Part shown: positions 24,500-36,869 of the stretch, piece after piece | Numbering within the stretch: the first letter of the stretch is position 1 | How the letters are laid out: every line of letters starts with the position of its first letter | Assembly (NCBI GenBank): GCA_038087875.1 | Contig: JAXLNO010000594.1 | Location: forward strand, 1-58,289 | Direction: 5' to 3' | Length of the DNA stretch: 58,289 bases | Source of the DNA: Malacoraja senta | Taxonomy: Eukaryota | Notes under the pieces: model-generated | Databases searched by the model: none | What the model saw: the letters and a program-made list of their open reading frames with translations, nothing else | What the model was told of the DNA's origin: nothing | Translations under genes and position numbers: made by a program

Positions 24500-25586
24500 T
24501 ATATTTTTTTTTATTAGAAGCATATACATATCATAACCAAAACACGATTTGTTTATCAGTTACATATTAATTATTTATTTTTGTATAGATTTTTTGAAAG
24601 ATAGAGCTATAGAAAGAAGGGAGGGAGAAAAAAGAAAAAAGAAAAGAAATGACCAATAACACAATTTTGGAGATAGGTCCGTAGATTATGAAGTGTAATT
24701 ATTCATCCAATCCTGGATTCAAGTTTCAGTCAAGCTTCCGTGTTGAACCAATTTACCCTTACAGAAAATCAATAAATGGAGACCATAATCTCGCAAATAA
24801 GTCTGATTTGTCAATTAAGACAAGTCTAATTTGTTGCAAGTGTAAGGTCTCAGACATCTCCATAATCCACATTTTAATTGTGGGGGTTGTTGGGTTTTTC
24901 CAAATTTTTAATATAAACTTTTTCCCAATTATTATACTATAATCAAGGACATTTCTTTGGTTTATTGTAAGTTTGAAGCTTTGTTCTGATATTCCTAATA
25001 TTATTAGTTTTGGATCAGGATTTAATTGGATATTAACAACCAGAAATAATTTTAAAAATAGCCGTCCAAAAATTTTAAATTTTTGTACAGTTTACAAAAG
25101 TATGAGTTAAATTAGCTTAAATATTGACATTTGTCACAGATGGGAGAAATAATTGAATAAATTCTGTTTAAGTTTGTTTTAGAATAGTGCATTCTATGAA
25201 GTACTTTACATTTTATTTAATAATGTCTAGCATTTTACGAGCAATGATGTATATGGGGTTGGGGACTGGACATTATTCCTTCCCCCACAGTGGTAACCAT
25301 TGTGGGGGGATGATTTTTGTGTGTACTGTCTATGTTAGTCTGTGTCCAAGATGGCGGTCGGAAGGGAGAGTGGACGCTGGCGCGGTTTGGTTGCCGCTGC
25401 TCTCTCTTCACATTGTGTTTCTGAATTTTTTTTTAATTAAAAAAAACAATTTTTTTTGGGGATCAAATTTCTGTCTTTAATTTGTGTATTGGTGATGTCT
25501 TTATAACTTATTTTACTCTATATGTTTCTTTGTTAAATTTTGTAAGGTGTCCTTGAGACTTTTGTATAGGCGCCCGTAAAAAAAAT

Positions 25587-25619
<33 letters not shown>

Positions 25620-26275
25620 GTTGTAAACTTTCATCCCATATATCTTTCATTATGGGTTGAGCTAATTCATTTCCCATGCTTGTCTATATAGTTCCGTCAT
25701 GGGACCTCACTATCTAAAAGAATATTATAAATGTGAGATATTAATTTATCTGTGTTAGGATGTTTATTCAAACATCAATCAAGGATCTCTGGCTCCCTAG
25801 CTCTATATCCTTGTGTATGTGATTTAACATAATCTCTAAGTTGTAAATATCTAAAAAAAATATTTGAATGTAATCCATAATTCTGTTGTAACTCCTGAAA
25901 TGAAAGAAAAATACGTTTTCTGTAAAGGTGTCCCACCTTTTTAATTCCATACATTTTCCATTGTACAAGACCTTTATCAAACAGAAGGTTTAAATGAAGG
26001 ATTATTTACAATGGGGAGAAAGAGTGATAAATTATCCAATTTTAATGTCATTTTTAATTGTTTCCAAGTTCGTATACCACTATATATTATCGCATTTTCA
26101 CTGTAAGTTTTTTAATTCAATATTGTGGGGGTTAACAAGATCGAACTATTTCAAAAGGTAAACAATCTTCCTTTTCCATCTTTAACCAATCTGGTTGTTG
26201 ATCCATATCTTCCAACCAGGAGTTCATATTTTTAATATTAACTGCCCAAAAATATCTTAATGTTTTTACTACTGC
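24500..26275 (-). mobile_element. L1/Tx1-like LINE 3' portion, interrupted at ~25235-25617
   Basis: Similar to 4998-5665; the minus strand encodes YFWAVNIKNMNSWLE-type ORF2 remnants; T-rich tail at ~24503. Confidence 0.7.
25235..25617 (+). mobile_element. Short element with L2-type 3' tail
   Basis: Internal CAAGATGGCGG; ends TGTAAGGTGTCCTTGAG...GGCGCCC...(TAT)n. Confidence 0.55.
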
Positions 26276-26436
26276 AATAAAGAAACTATTAATCAAGAGA
26301 CTGTGTTTGGAAGACTTCCCTTTCGACGGCATTGAATGTCTCGGGGAGAGCTGGTGAATGCATTTCGATTATCTGCTGAACCCGTGTCTTCAATCGTAGT
26401 GACTAAAGGAAAGAATCCTTGAAACGATATGAAAAA

Positions 26437-28170
26437 CTGTCACTATGAGTACTACCCCAGATTATGTCACTGCATCAGTACTTCTCCACAGTCTGTCACT
26501 CTATCAGTACTATTCCACAGTGTCTCTCCAACAGTACTACCCCACAGTGTGTCACCCCATCAGTACTATTCCACAGTGTCTCTCCATCAGTACTTCTCCA
26601 CAGTGTGTTACACTATCAGTAATATTTCACAGTGTCTCTCCGTCAGTACTGCCCCACAGTGTGTCACTCCATCAGAACTACCCCACAGGTTATCACTCCA
26701 TCAGTGCTGCCCCACAGTGTGTCACTCCATCAGTACCACGGTGAAGTCTGTCACTCCATCATGATTACCCTAAAGAGTGTCACTCCAGTAGTGCTACCAT
26801 ACATTTAATCACTTCATTTTTATCCCTCCACAGCGTGACACTACATGAGTACCGCCCACAACGTGTCACTGCATCAGTCATTCACCATAGTGTGTCACTC
26901 CATCAGTACTACACCACAGTGTGTCCCTCCATTAATACACCCCCTCAGTGTGTCAGTCCATCAACACTACCCGCAGTGTGTCATTCCATCTCTACTACCA
27001 CACAGTCTATTGCACCGTCAGTACTACCCCACCCCATGTGTCAGTCCACTACCCCTGAGTGTCAGTACTTCACCTAAGTGTGTCACTCCATCAGCACTAC
27101 CCCACTTCACCAGTGCTACCCCTCAGTGTGTCACTCCATGAGAACTGCTTCACATGTTAGCACTGCTTCAGTGCTCCCCACAGTTTATCACTCCATCAGC
27201 ACTACCCCACTCTCGGTCGGTCCCAGTACGACCCCATAGTGTGTCACTCCATCAGAACTACCCCACAGTGCGTCACTCCCTCAGTGCTACCACAAATTAT
27301 GTCAATCCATCAGTGAGGCTCCCGAATATGTCGCTGCAAAATGCGTTAGTATATCAGTGCTAGCCCACAGTGTGTCAATCCTTCCATACCATCTCACAGT
27401 GCGTCACTCCATCAGTACTATCCCACAGTGTGTCACTCATTGAGTACTGCCTCACAGCGCATCAATACATCAGTACTTCCCCACTGAATGCCATTACGTC
27501 AGTACTACCCCAGATTATCTCACTCCATCAATACGACCTCGCAGTGAATCGATTCATCAGTACCACCTCACAGAATGGCACACCATCAGAACGAACCCAC
27601 AGTGTGCCTTCCATCATAAATACCCCACAGTGTGTGACCCTTCAGGACTGCTCCACAGTGTGTAACTCCATCAGTACTACTCCACAGTGTGTAACTCCAT
27701 CAGTACTACTCCACAGTATGTAACTCCATCAGTGCCACTCCACAGTGTGTAACTCCATCAGTACTACTGCACAGTGTGTAACTCCATCAGTACTACTCCA
27801 CAGTGTGTAACTCCATCAGTACTACTCCACAGTGTGTAACTCCATCAGTACTACTCCACAGTGTGTAACTCCATCAGTGCCACTCCACAGTGTGTAACTC
27901 CATCAGTACTATTCCACAGTATGTTACTCCATCAGTACTACTCCACAGTGTGTACCTCCATCAGTACTACTCCACAGTGTGTAACTCCATCAGTACTACT
28001 GCACAGTGTAACTCCATCAGTACTACTCCACAGTGTGTAACTCCATCAGTACTACTCCACAGTATGTTACTCCATCAGTTATACCCCACTGTTTGTTACT
28101 CCATCAGAACCTCCCCACAATGTGTCACCATCAGAACTACCTGACAGGTTATCATTCCAGCAGTATTATT
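26437..28170 (+). repeat. 30-bp minisatellite, long degenerate array with a homogenised block at ~27650-28075
   Basis: Dozens of CACAGTGTGTCACTCCATCAGTACTACCCC-like units; the inner block carries the variant CACAGTGTGTAACTCCATCAGTACTACTC. Confidence 0.95.
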
Positions 28171-28239
28171 TCCACGCTGTATCTCTAAACTAAACAAAAA
28201 TGTTAGCTCCCAAAGGACTGGCTCCCTATCTCATCATCA

Positions 28240-29142
28240 GAGAGATTTAGGCCATTTGGAAGAGTGGGCTGAAAGATGGCAGATGGAGTTTAATGCTGAC
28301 AAATGTGAGGTGCTACATCTCGGCAGGACAAATCAAAATAGGACGTACACGGTAAATGGTAGCGAATTGAGGAATGCAGTTGAACAGAGGGATCTAGGAA
28401 TAACTGTGCATAGTTCCCTGAAGGTGGAATCTCATGTAGATAGGGTGGTAAAGAAAGCTTTTGGTGTGCTGGCCTTTATAAATCAGAGCATTGAATATAG
28501 AAGTTGGGATGTAATGTTAAAATTGTACAAGGCATTGGTGAGGCCAATTCTGGAGTATGGAGTACAATTTTGGTCGCCTAATTATAGGAAGGATGTCAAC
28601 AAAATAGAGAGAGTACAGAGGAGATTTACTAGAATGTTGCCTGGGTTTCAGCAACTAAGTTACAGAGAAAGGTTGAACAAGTTAGGTCTTTATTCTTTGG
28701 AGCGCAGAAGGTTAAGAGGGGACTTGATAGAGGTCTTTAAAATTATGAGCGGGTTAGACAGAGTGGACGTGGAAAAGCTTTTCCCATTGAGAGTAGGGAA
28801 TATTCAAACAAGGGGACATGACTAGAGAATTAAGGGACAGAAGTTTAGGGGGAACATTAGGGGGAACTTCTTTACTCAGAGAGAGGTAGCTGTGTGGAAT
28901 GAGCTTCCAGTGGAAGTGGTGGAGGCAGGTTCGATGTTATCCTTTAAAAATAGATTGGATGGGTATATGGACGGGAAAGGAATGGAGGGTTATGGTCTGA
29001 GTGCAGGTAGATGGGACTAGGGGGAAGTATTTATTTTTAATTTTAAAAAAAAATAAAAAAAATGTTCGGCACGGACTTGAAGGGCCGAGATGGCCTGTTT
29101 CCGTGCTGTTATGGTTATATGGTTATATGGTTATATGGTTAT
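28240..29142 (+). mobile_element. CR1 3' fragment (second subfamily)
   Basis: ORF 28256..28825 (WQMEFNADKCEVLHLG...LVRPILEYGVQFWSP); (TTATATGG)n tail. Confidence 0.92.
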
Positions 29143-29347
29143 ATCATCCTGGCCCCTAAGTTGAATTAAGTGTACAAATGACCTATACAGTTCATTCTAC
29201 AATTACTGTAAATCTTAATGCTACCAGGCTTTGGCTGCATTAAAAAAAACAATTATGTCAGTTAGAAATAACCTTATTTTAACCTTCATTGGGTATTCTT
29301 TTAAACAGCTATGCTGAAAAGCAGTTTAAAAACAAGGTTATAAATAA

Positions 29348-29644
29348 GGGTGGCACAGCGGGAGTTGCTGCCTTACACTGTCACAGACCCGGGTTCAATC
29401 CTGACTTCAGGTGCCGTCTGTACGGAGTTTGTACATTTTTCCTGTGGCCGCATGGGTCTTTTCCAGGTCCTCCGGTTTCCACCCATTCTCCAAAGAGGTA
29501 CAAGTTTGCAGCTTAATTGGCTTCGGTAAAAAAATAGTAAACTGTCCCTTGTGCGTAGGATAGAGCTAGTGTATGGGGATCGCTGGTCAGCGCGGACCTA
29601 GTTTGCCCTAAGGCCTGTTGCCACACTGCGTCTCTAAACTAAAG
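29348..29644 (+). mobile_element. tRNA-derived SINE (HE1/V-SINE-like)
   Basis: Homologous to 20222-20543; GGTTCAATCC B box; CTCTAAACTAAA tail. Confidence 0.8.
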
Positions 29645-29774
29645 CTGAAAAATACACATCACGAGGGCATAGGATTCAAAGTTAAGTCTCACCCATGACA
29701 GAAGGGGTGGAGTTGTACAGTTTGATAGCCACACGGAAGAAGGATCTCCTGTAGCGTTCTTTATTATTCTTTAT

Positions 29775-30198
29775 TAGGTCTTTATTCTTTGGAGCGCAGA
29801 AGGTTAAGAGGGGACGATAGAGGTCTTTAAAATGATGAGCGGGTTAGACAGAGTGGACGTGAATAAGCTTTTCCCATTGAGAGTAGGGAAGATTCAAACA
29901 AGGGGACATGACTTGAGAATTAAGGGACAGAAGTTTAGGGGTAACATTAGGGGGAACTTCTTTACTCAGAGAGTGGTGGCTGTGTGGAATGAGCTTCCAG
30001 TGGAAGTGGTGGAGGCAGGTTCGATTTTATCCTTTAAAAATAGATTGGATGGGTATATGGACGGGAAGGGAATGGAGGGTTATGGTGTGAGTGCAGGTAG
30101 ATGGGACTAGGGGGAAGTTAAAAAAAGTGTTCGGCACGGACTTGAAGGGCCGAGATGGCCTGTTTCCGTGCTGTTATGGTTATATGGTTATATGGTTA
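29775..30198 (+). mobile_element. CR1 3' fragment nearly identical to 28680-29142
   Basis: ORF 29832..30110; same (TTATATGG)n tail. Confidence 0.9.
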
Positions 30199-31160
30199 TC
30201 CCACAGTTTGTCACTCCATCACTACTACCCCAAAGTGTGTCCCTCCATCAGAACTACTCCAGAATATGTCATACATCAGTACTACCCCACAGTGTGTCAC
30301 CCCATCAATACTACTCCACATTGTTTTGCTCCATCAGCACTACACCAAACTATGCCATTCCATCAGGACAACCACAGAACGTGGTGTCCTGGGCCTCCTC
30401 CGTTGTCAGTGAGGCCTGCCGTCAATTGGAGGAACAGCACCTCATATTTCGCTTGGGTAGCTAACACACCAGCGGTATGAACATTGACTTCTCTAACTTC
30501 AAGTAGCCCTTGCTTTCCATCTTTCTCCATCCTCTTCCCCTTCCAAGTTCTCCCACCAGTCTTACTGTCTCCGACTATATTCTATCTCTGTCCCGCCCAC
30601 TCCTGTGACATCAGTCTGAAGAAGGATCTCGCCCGGAAACGTCACCCATTCCTTCTCTCCAGTGATGCTGCCTGTCCCGCTGATTTACTCCAGCATTTTG
30701 TGTCTATTTACCCTACAGAGTGTCACTCCATTTGTGCTACCATACATGTTATCACGTCATCAGTACTACATGTGTACCACCCCACAATATGTCAGTCCAT
30801 CAGTATTACATCACAGTGTGTCACTTCATCAATGCACCACCTCAGTGAGTCACTCCATCAATGCTCCCCCTCAGTGAGTCACTCCATCAATACTACCCCA
30901 CAGTGCGTAATTCCATCTGTACTACCACACAGTGTATTACTCTATCAGTACTTCTCCACCCCATTTGTCACTTCAAATGTACTATCCCAGATAGTCACTC
31001 CATCAGTGCGTCCTCAAAGTGCCACACAATCAGTACTACTCCTCAGTGTCATCCATCAGTACTACCCTACAGTGTTCCCTCCATCAGTACTACCATATAA
31101 TGTGTCACTACATCAGTACAACCCCAAAGGGTGTCACTCCATCAGCACTACCCTGGAATG
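30198..31160 (+). repeat. Degenerate 30-bp minisatellite interrupted by a Penelope fragment
   Basis: CACAGTGTGTCAC..CATCAGTACTACC units at 30198-30378 and 30708-31160. Confidence 0.85.
30380..30708 (+). mobile_element. Penelope-like element 3' end (GIY-YIG C-terminus plus pseudo-LTR with hammerhead-like core at 30612-30646)
   Basis: RQLEEQHLIFRLGS*HTSGMNIDFSNFK* is a typical PLE terminus; CAGT-CTGAAGA-...-GAAA-CGTC follows. Confidence 0.8.
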
Positions 31161-31169
31161 TACCCTCTG

Positions 31170-33815
31170 ATTTACAGAGGCATGGCTCACCCCCAGCTCC
31201 CCAGACTCAGCGGTCCAGCCTGAAGGGTTCTCCATCCACCGTATGGACCATACACTGGCATCTGGGAAAGGGAGAGGAGGGGGTGCTCCTGCTCTCCACA
31301 CCTGGAACATCTGGCGGTGAAGTGCCGTCCCTTCTACTTACCGAGGGAATTCACCTCCATCATCCTGACCGTGGTCTACATCCCACCCCAGGCAGACGTC
31401 CGTCTGGCATTGGAGGCGCTGCACGCCGTGGTTAACAAACACCAGACGTCTTACCCCGAGGCATTTACCACCATTGCTGGGGACTTCAATAAGGCAAACC
31501 TCAAGAAATCACTCCCTAACTTCCACCAACATGTCTCCTGCTGCACCAGAGGATCAAACACCCTCGACCACTGCTACACCACCATCAAGAATGCCTATCG
31601 CTCTATCCCTCGCCCTCACTTCGGTAAATCCGAGCATACCGCGGTGCTGCTTCTTCCTGCCTACAGGCAGCAATTAAAGAGCGCACCCCCAGAGGTGAGG
31701 ACAGTCCAGAGCTGGTTGGAGGGGGCAGAGGAACAACTCCAGGACTGTTTGGAGTCTGCAGACTGGGCAATGTTCAAGGACTCGGCAACGGACTTGAACG
31801 AATACGCCACAGTCGTTACAGAGAAATGTGTGGAGGACGGCATCCCTACAAAAACCTTCCGAGTGTTTCCCAATCAGAAACCTTGAATGAACTTTGAGAT
31901 CCGCACTCTTCTTAAGTCCAGACACCGGGCATTCACGTCTGATGATACAGTGGCCTACAAGAAGTCCAGATACGACCTTGGTAAGGCCATCAAAAAGGCC
32001 AAAAGGGACTTCTACTCCAAACTGGAGGATGAGACGGATGTTCGGCACCTGTGGCGAGGCCTGAATGCAATCACCTCCTACAAGACGAAACCAGGAGGCA
32101 GCTCGAATGTCGGCGAAACATCACTCCCTGATGAGCTCAATGCGTTTTACGCACGCTTTGATAGGGAGAACATCGATGTGCCTTCCAGAGCCCCCATTCG
32201 CTGTGATGGTATTTCAGTCTCAGTCACAGAGGCCGACGTCAGGAAACCCGTCAGATGGGTGAACCCTCGAAAAGCGCCTGGACCTGATGGTATACCTTGT
32301 CGTGTTCTAAAAACGTGTTCGGACCAACTGGCTGGAGTTTTTACGGACATTTTCAACCTCTCATTTCTGAGGTGTGAGGTCCTCACCTGCTTCAAAAGGG
32401 CATAAATTATACAAGTGCCCAATAAGAGTAAGGTGACGTGCCTCAATGTCTATCGACCTGTGGCACTAACGTCTGTGGTGATGAAGTGCTTTGAGAGGTT
32501 GATCATGGCGCAAATCAACTCCTACTTCGACAAGAACCTCGACCCACTGCAGTTCGCCTACCGCCATAACAGATCAACGGTGGATGCGATCTCGCTGGCC
32601 CTCCACTCCGCTCTGGACCACTTGGACAACAAAAACTCATATGTCAGGTTGTTATTCATTGATTACAGCTCAGCATTCAATACCATCATCCCCTCCAAGC
32701 TGGTTACCAAACTCGCAGAACTTGGTCTCTGCGCATCCCTCTGCAATTGGATCATCGACTTCCACATTCTCAGACCACAGTCTGTTCGTATTGGTGGAAA
32801 TGTGTCAGACTCGATAACAATCAGCACGGGAGCACCTCAAGGCTGCGTGCTCAGCCCCCTGCTGTACTCACTCTATACTCATGACTGCGTAGCCGGTCAT
32901 AGTGCGAACTCCATCATCAAGTTCGCTGACGACACCACTGTTGTGGGACGTATCACTGATGGGGATGAGTCGGAGTATAGAAGAGCGATCGAGCAACTGT
33001 CCATATGGTGTCAGCACAATAACCTGGCCCTCAACACCAGCAAAACCAAGGAACTGATTGTGGACTTTGGAAGGAGTAGGATGGGGACCCACAGTCCAGT
33101 TTATATCAACGAGTCGAGGGTTGAAAGGGTCAAGAGCTTCAAATTCCTGGGCGTGCACATCTCTGAAGATCTTTCCTGGTCCGAGAACACTGATGCAATT
33201 ATTAAGAAAGTACATCAGCGCCTCTACTTCCTGAGAAGATTACGGAGAGTCGGTTTGTCATGGAGGACTCTCTCTAACTTCTACAGGTGCACAGTAGAGA
33301 GCATGCTGACTGGTTGCATCGTGGCTTGTTTCGGCAACTTGAGCGCCCTGGAGAGGAAAAGAATACAAAGAGTAGTAAACACTGCCCAGTCCATCATCGG
33401 CTCTGACCTCCCTTCCATCGAAGGGATCTATCGCTGCCTCAAAAAGGCTGGCAGTAACATCAAGGACCCACACCATCCTGGCCACACACTCATCTCCCTG
33501 CTACCTTCAGGTAGAAGGTACAGGAGCCTGAAGACTGCAACGACCAGGTTCAGGAATAGCTACTTCCGCACAGCCATCAGGCTATTAAACTTGACTCGGA
33601 CAAAACTCTGAACATTAATAGCCCATTATCTGTTATTTGCACTTCATCAGTTTATTTATTCATGTGTGTGTATATTTATATAATGGTATATGGACACACG
33701 TATCTGTTTTGTAGTCAATGCCTACTATGTTCTGTTGTGCTGAAGCAAAGCAAGAATTGCATTGTCCTATCAGGGACACATGACAATAAACTCATTTGAA
33801 CTTGAACTTGAACTT
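31170..33815 (+). mobile_element. Rex1/Babar-clade LINE with APE-RT ORF broken by two in-frame stops
   Basis: ORFs 31317, 31887 and 32415 are in one frame: [45 protein letters not shown]; tail TGACAATAAA + (GAACTT)n. Confidence 0.95.
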
Positions 33816-34568
33816 GTGGTTAACAGCCATTCATCCCCTTCTCTTTTACATCATCACCGTCTGTGTCGCGTTTACAATCTCAGTCAGCGGGATAGTACGA
33901 ACATTCCCGCTCTGATCAGAGTTATTTCTTATCTCACGGGTCATTTGGTCAGGTTAGATCTATTATTATCTCATGTAGCGAGCTGCAGTGGAAAGAGTTG
34001 TTTTGCATGCTATTCACTTGGTTCAAATATTCCAGACACAAAAGCAATCAATGTAAAGCCAAGTGCAATAGATCGGGTAAATGGGAAGATACAGAATGTA
34101 GAATACAGTTCATGATACAGAATATCATGCTGAATGTGGGTCTTTATTTCCACCCAACCCCGATGTGTCCGGGTATTTGGAACAATGAACAATCGTTGCT
34201 CAAGCCACATTGCATAATTCCGGAGGTACACAAAAATGCTGGAGAAACTCAGCGGGTGCAGCAGCATCTATGGAGCGAAGGAAATAGGTAAAGTTTCGGC
34301 ACCTTTGCATTTGGAGGACTAGAGATCTGTACAAACACAAAACTATCATCGAACCTGATGTAAAATTCGTGTTCAACCGTGCCGGGGTGCATAGCTAGAA
34401 AGATTAATGATGCAATGCTTTTATTAACCATGAGTCTTGGTTTGTGAAGGTGAAAACAATTAAGTTGCAAGGGGCATTAAGATTTAGGCTTTATGTTTAG
34501 GTTTATTAATGCCATGCGTATTGAGGCGTGTGATAAAGCATAGGGGGAGATACAGAATGCAGAAGATA

Positions 34569-35570
34569 GTTCAAGTTCAAGTTCAAGTTCAAGTTTCCTT
34601 TATTGTCATTCAGACCTTTCGGTCTGAATGAAATTGTGATGCCTGCAGTCATACACAGAACCAATAATAACAAACATACAACAAACACAAATTAAACATC
34701 CACCACAGTGAGTTCACCAAGCACACCCTCACTGTGATGGAGGCAAAGTCTTAGTCTCCGTCTCTTCCCTCCTTGTTCTCCCTCTGCGCTGAGGCGATCG
34801 ATCCAGGCCGAAGCTGCCGCCCTCCAGTCCAGCAGACCTCCGTGGTGATGTCGCCGCCGCCGAAAGCCGGAACGCCGTCTCCGCTCCGAGACGGCCCGCC
34901 ACAGCATCAGCCCCGGGTCCCGCAGGCTCCGCTCCGGACCCCGCTGTATCAGCTCCAGGTCCCGCAGACTCCGCTCCGGACCCCGCTGCACCAGCTCCAG
35001 GTCCCGAAGTCTCCGCTCCAGACTCCGCCGCAACAGCTCCAGGTCCCGCACTCTCCGCTCCGGACCCCGCTGCACCAGCTCCAGGTCCCGAAGTCTCCGC
35101 TCCGGACCCCGCTGTATCAGCTCCAGGCCCCGCACTCTCCGCTCCGGACCCCGCTGTATCAGCTCCAGGTCCCGCAGACTCCGCTCCGGGTCCCGCACAT
35201 CAGCTCCAGGCCGCCGCCGAAAGCCAGAACGCCGCACCAGCAAGTCGGGCCACCGCTGCCTCAGCCCCGAAGACGGCCAGCCTCCCGTTGGTAAGTCCTG
35301 GCTGGCTCTGCCTCCGTAGCCTCGGGGTCGGTCGCAGGATGGAGGCGGCCACCCCCGCCATTAGGCCTCACCGCAGACGGAGGCAAGGAAGGGGGATACG
35401 ACACGAAAGAGTCGCATTCCCCCGAAGGAGGAGACAGAGGACATGTTTCTCCCCCCTAACACATCCCAACAAACTAAAACTTAACAAAACAAGACAAAAA
35501 AAACAACAGAAAAAAGTAAAAACAGACGGACTGCAGGCGAGCCGCAGCTGATTAACAGCGCCGCCACTTC
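34569..35570 (-). mobile_element. GC-rich non-autonomous retroelement with internal 42-bp tandem repeat
   Basis: 5' end GAAGTGGCGGCGCTG...GCTGCGGCTCGCCTGCAGTCC; 3' end TGACAATAAA + (CTTGAA)n; 42-bp units CAGCTCCAGGTCCCGCAGACTCCGCTCCGGACCCCGCTGTAT at ~34905-35200. Confidence 0.75.
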
Positions 35571-36869
35571 GCAGCATGATAGCGCATATGTTCCATGGAC
35601 ATATATCCACCAAGGTGTAGGGATGTTTTGAACAATACTCTGATAATGGAAGAGAATAAACTATTCCTATGTGTAGTTGTGCGCTTTCGAGCGCTTGTAC
35701 TTTCCACTGGACAGGAGAAGGGGTGGAAAGGAATGGTCGTGTTGGGACACGGCTTTTATTATGTTTGTTGCTTTTGCGAGGCAGCGTGGTCGAGATGGAG
35801 TCAATTGTGCGAGGTCTGGTCTGTGTGATGGACTGTGCCTCGTCTATAATATCTCTACAACTTCTAGCCGTCTTGGACTGAACATTTCCCAAATTAAGCT
35901 GCGATGTATCGCGACAGTATTCTTTCTAAGGTCCATCCGTAGAGGTTTGTAGAAGTTCTGTCTATCTCCACCGAACGTTGAGTTTGCCTTCTTGTCTACC
36001 TCATCTATGTGGTTGATGCTGGACTGATCGGTGGTAATAATAACGCCAAGCAACTCGAAGCTCAACAATTTCCACTTCTGCACCATTGATGCTGATTTGG
36101 CGCGTGTACTCCGCTATGCATTTTCAAATTGTTCACATCGGGGAAGTGGGTATTTTCAAGACACGATTTCAGTCAGTACTCTCTCTCTCCTGCCTGTATT
36201 GCGCATCGTCATTTTTCTGATCCGACACACTACAGTGGTGTTGTCTGCGAGCACGTTGCCGGAGTTGGGGACGTACTCGGCCTTCAGTCGCGAGTGTAAA
36301 CGGAGAACATTAGGGAACTGAGAATGAATCTTTGTCGGGCAGCGGCGATGAGTGTCATTGTGAGGAAGTTGTTGTCACGTAACCTGACTGATTGAGGACT
36401 GTGGGCCAGAAAGTTACGGATCCCGTGGCAGAGGAAGGATGGGATTCCGAGATCCCAGAGTTTGGAGATAACCGCCACCCTCCGCCCCCCGCCACCAGCA
36501 GACACAGCTACACATGGCCTTATGCACAATGCCAAACTCGAGTCTGTTCCTACATTCAATATCACAATTACCGGGGTGACCTTAATTTCCACGTCTAGAT
36601 CCATTAGTCTTCTTTTCTTTAATGTCCACAAATGTATTCGCTCCAACCCTGTTTGTACTTAACAAACGAGCATCGCTGCTCTCTGGGATAGAGGGTACTG
36701 TGGGCTCAGATATATTTTCGAGAGTATTTTACACCTAACTCAGTAACTCCATGGTGAAATGTTATTCTGAAACATTGATCCAAACGTCATGATTCACAAA
36801 CCCGTTGTGTAATTCTTTCAACGTCTATCCTGTCAGAGCTTCGTAGAATTCTAACATGTAAAAAAAATA

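Noticed and set aside
23868..28170. CRISPR-like array from the 30-bp repeats (also the 40-bp repeat at 47005)
   Set aside because: Units are head to tail with no unique spacers, there are no cas genes, and the context is vertebrate.
23746..31170. Repetitive ORFs (PQCITPSVLPHSVSLHQYY) as real proteins
   Set aside because: All three frames are open because the 30-bp unit lacks stops; frames switch at 28-bp units.
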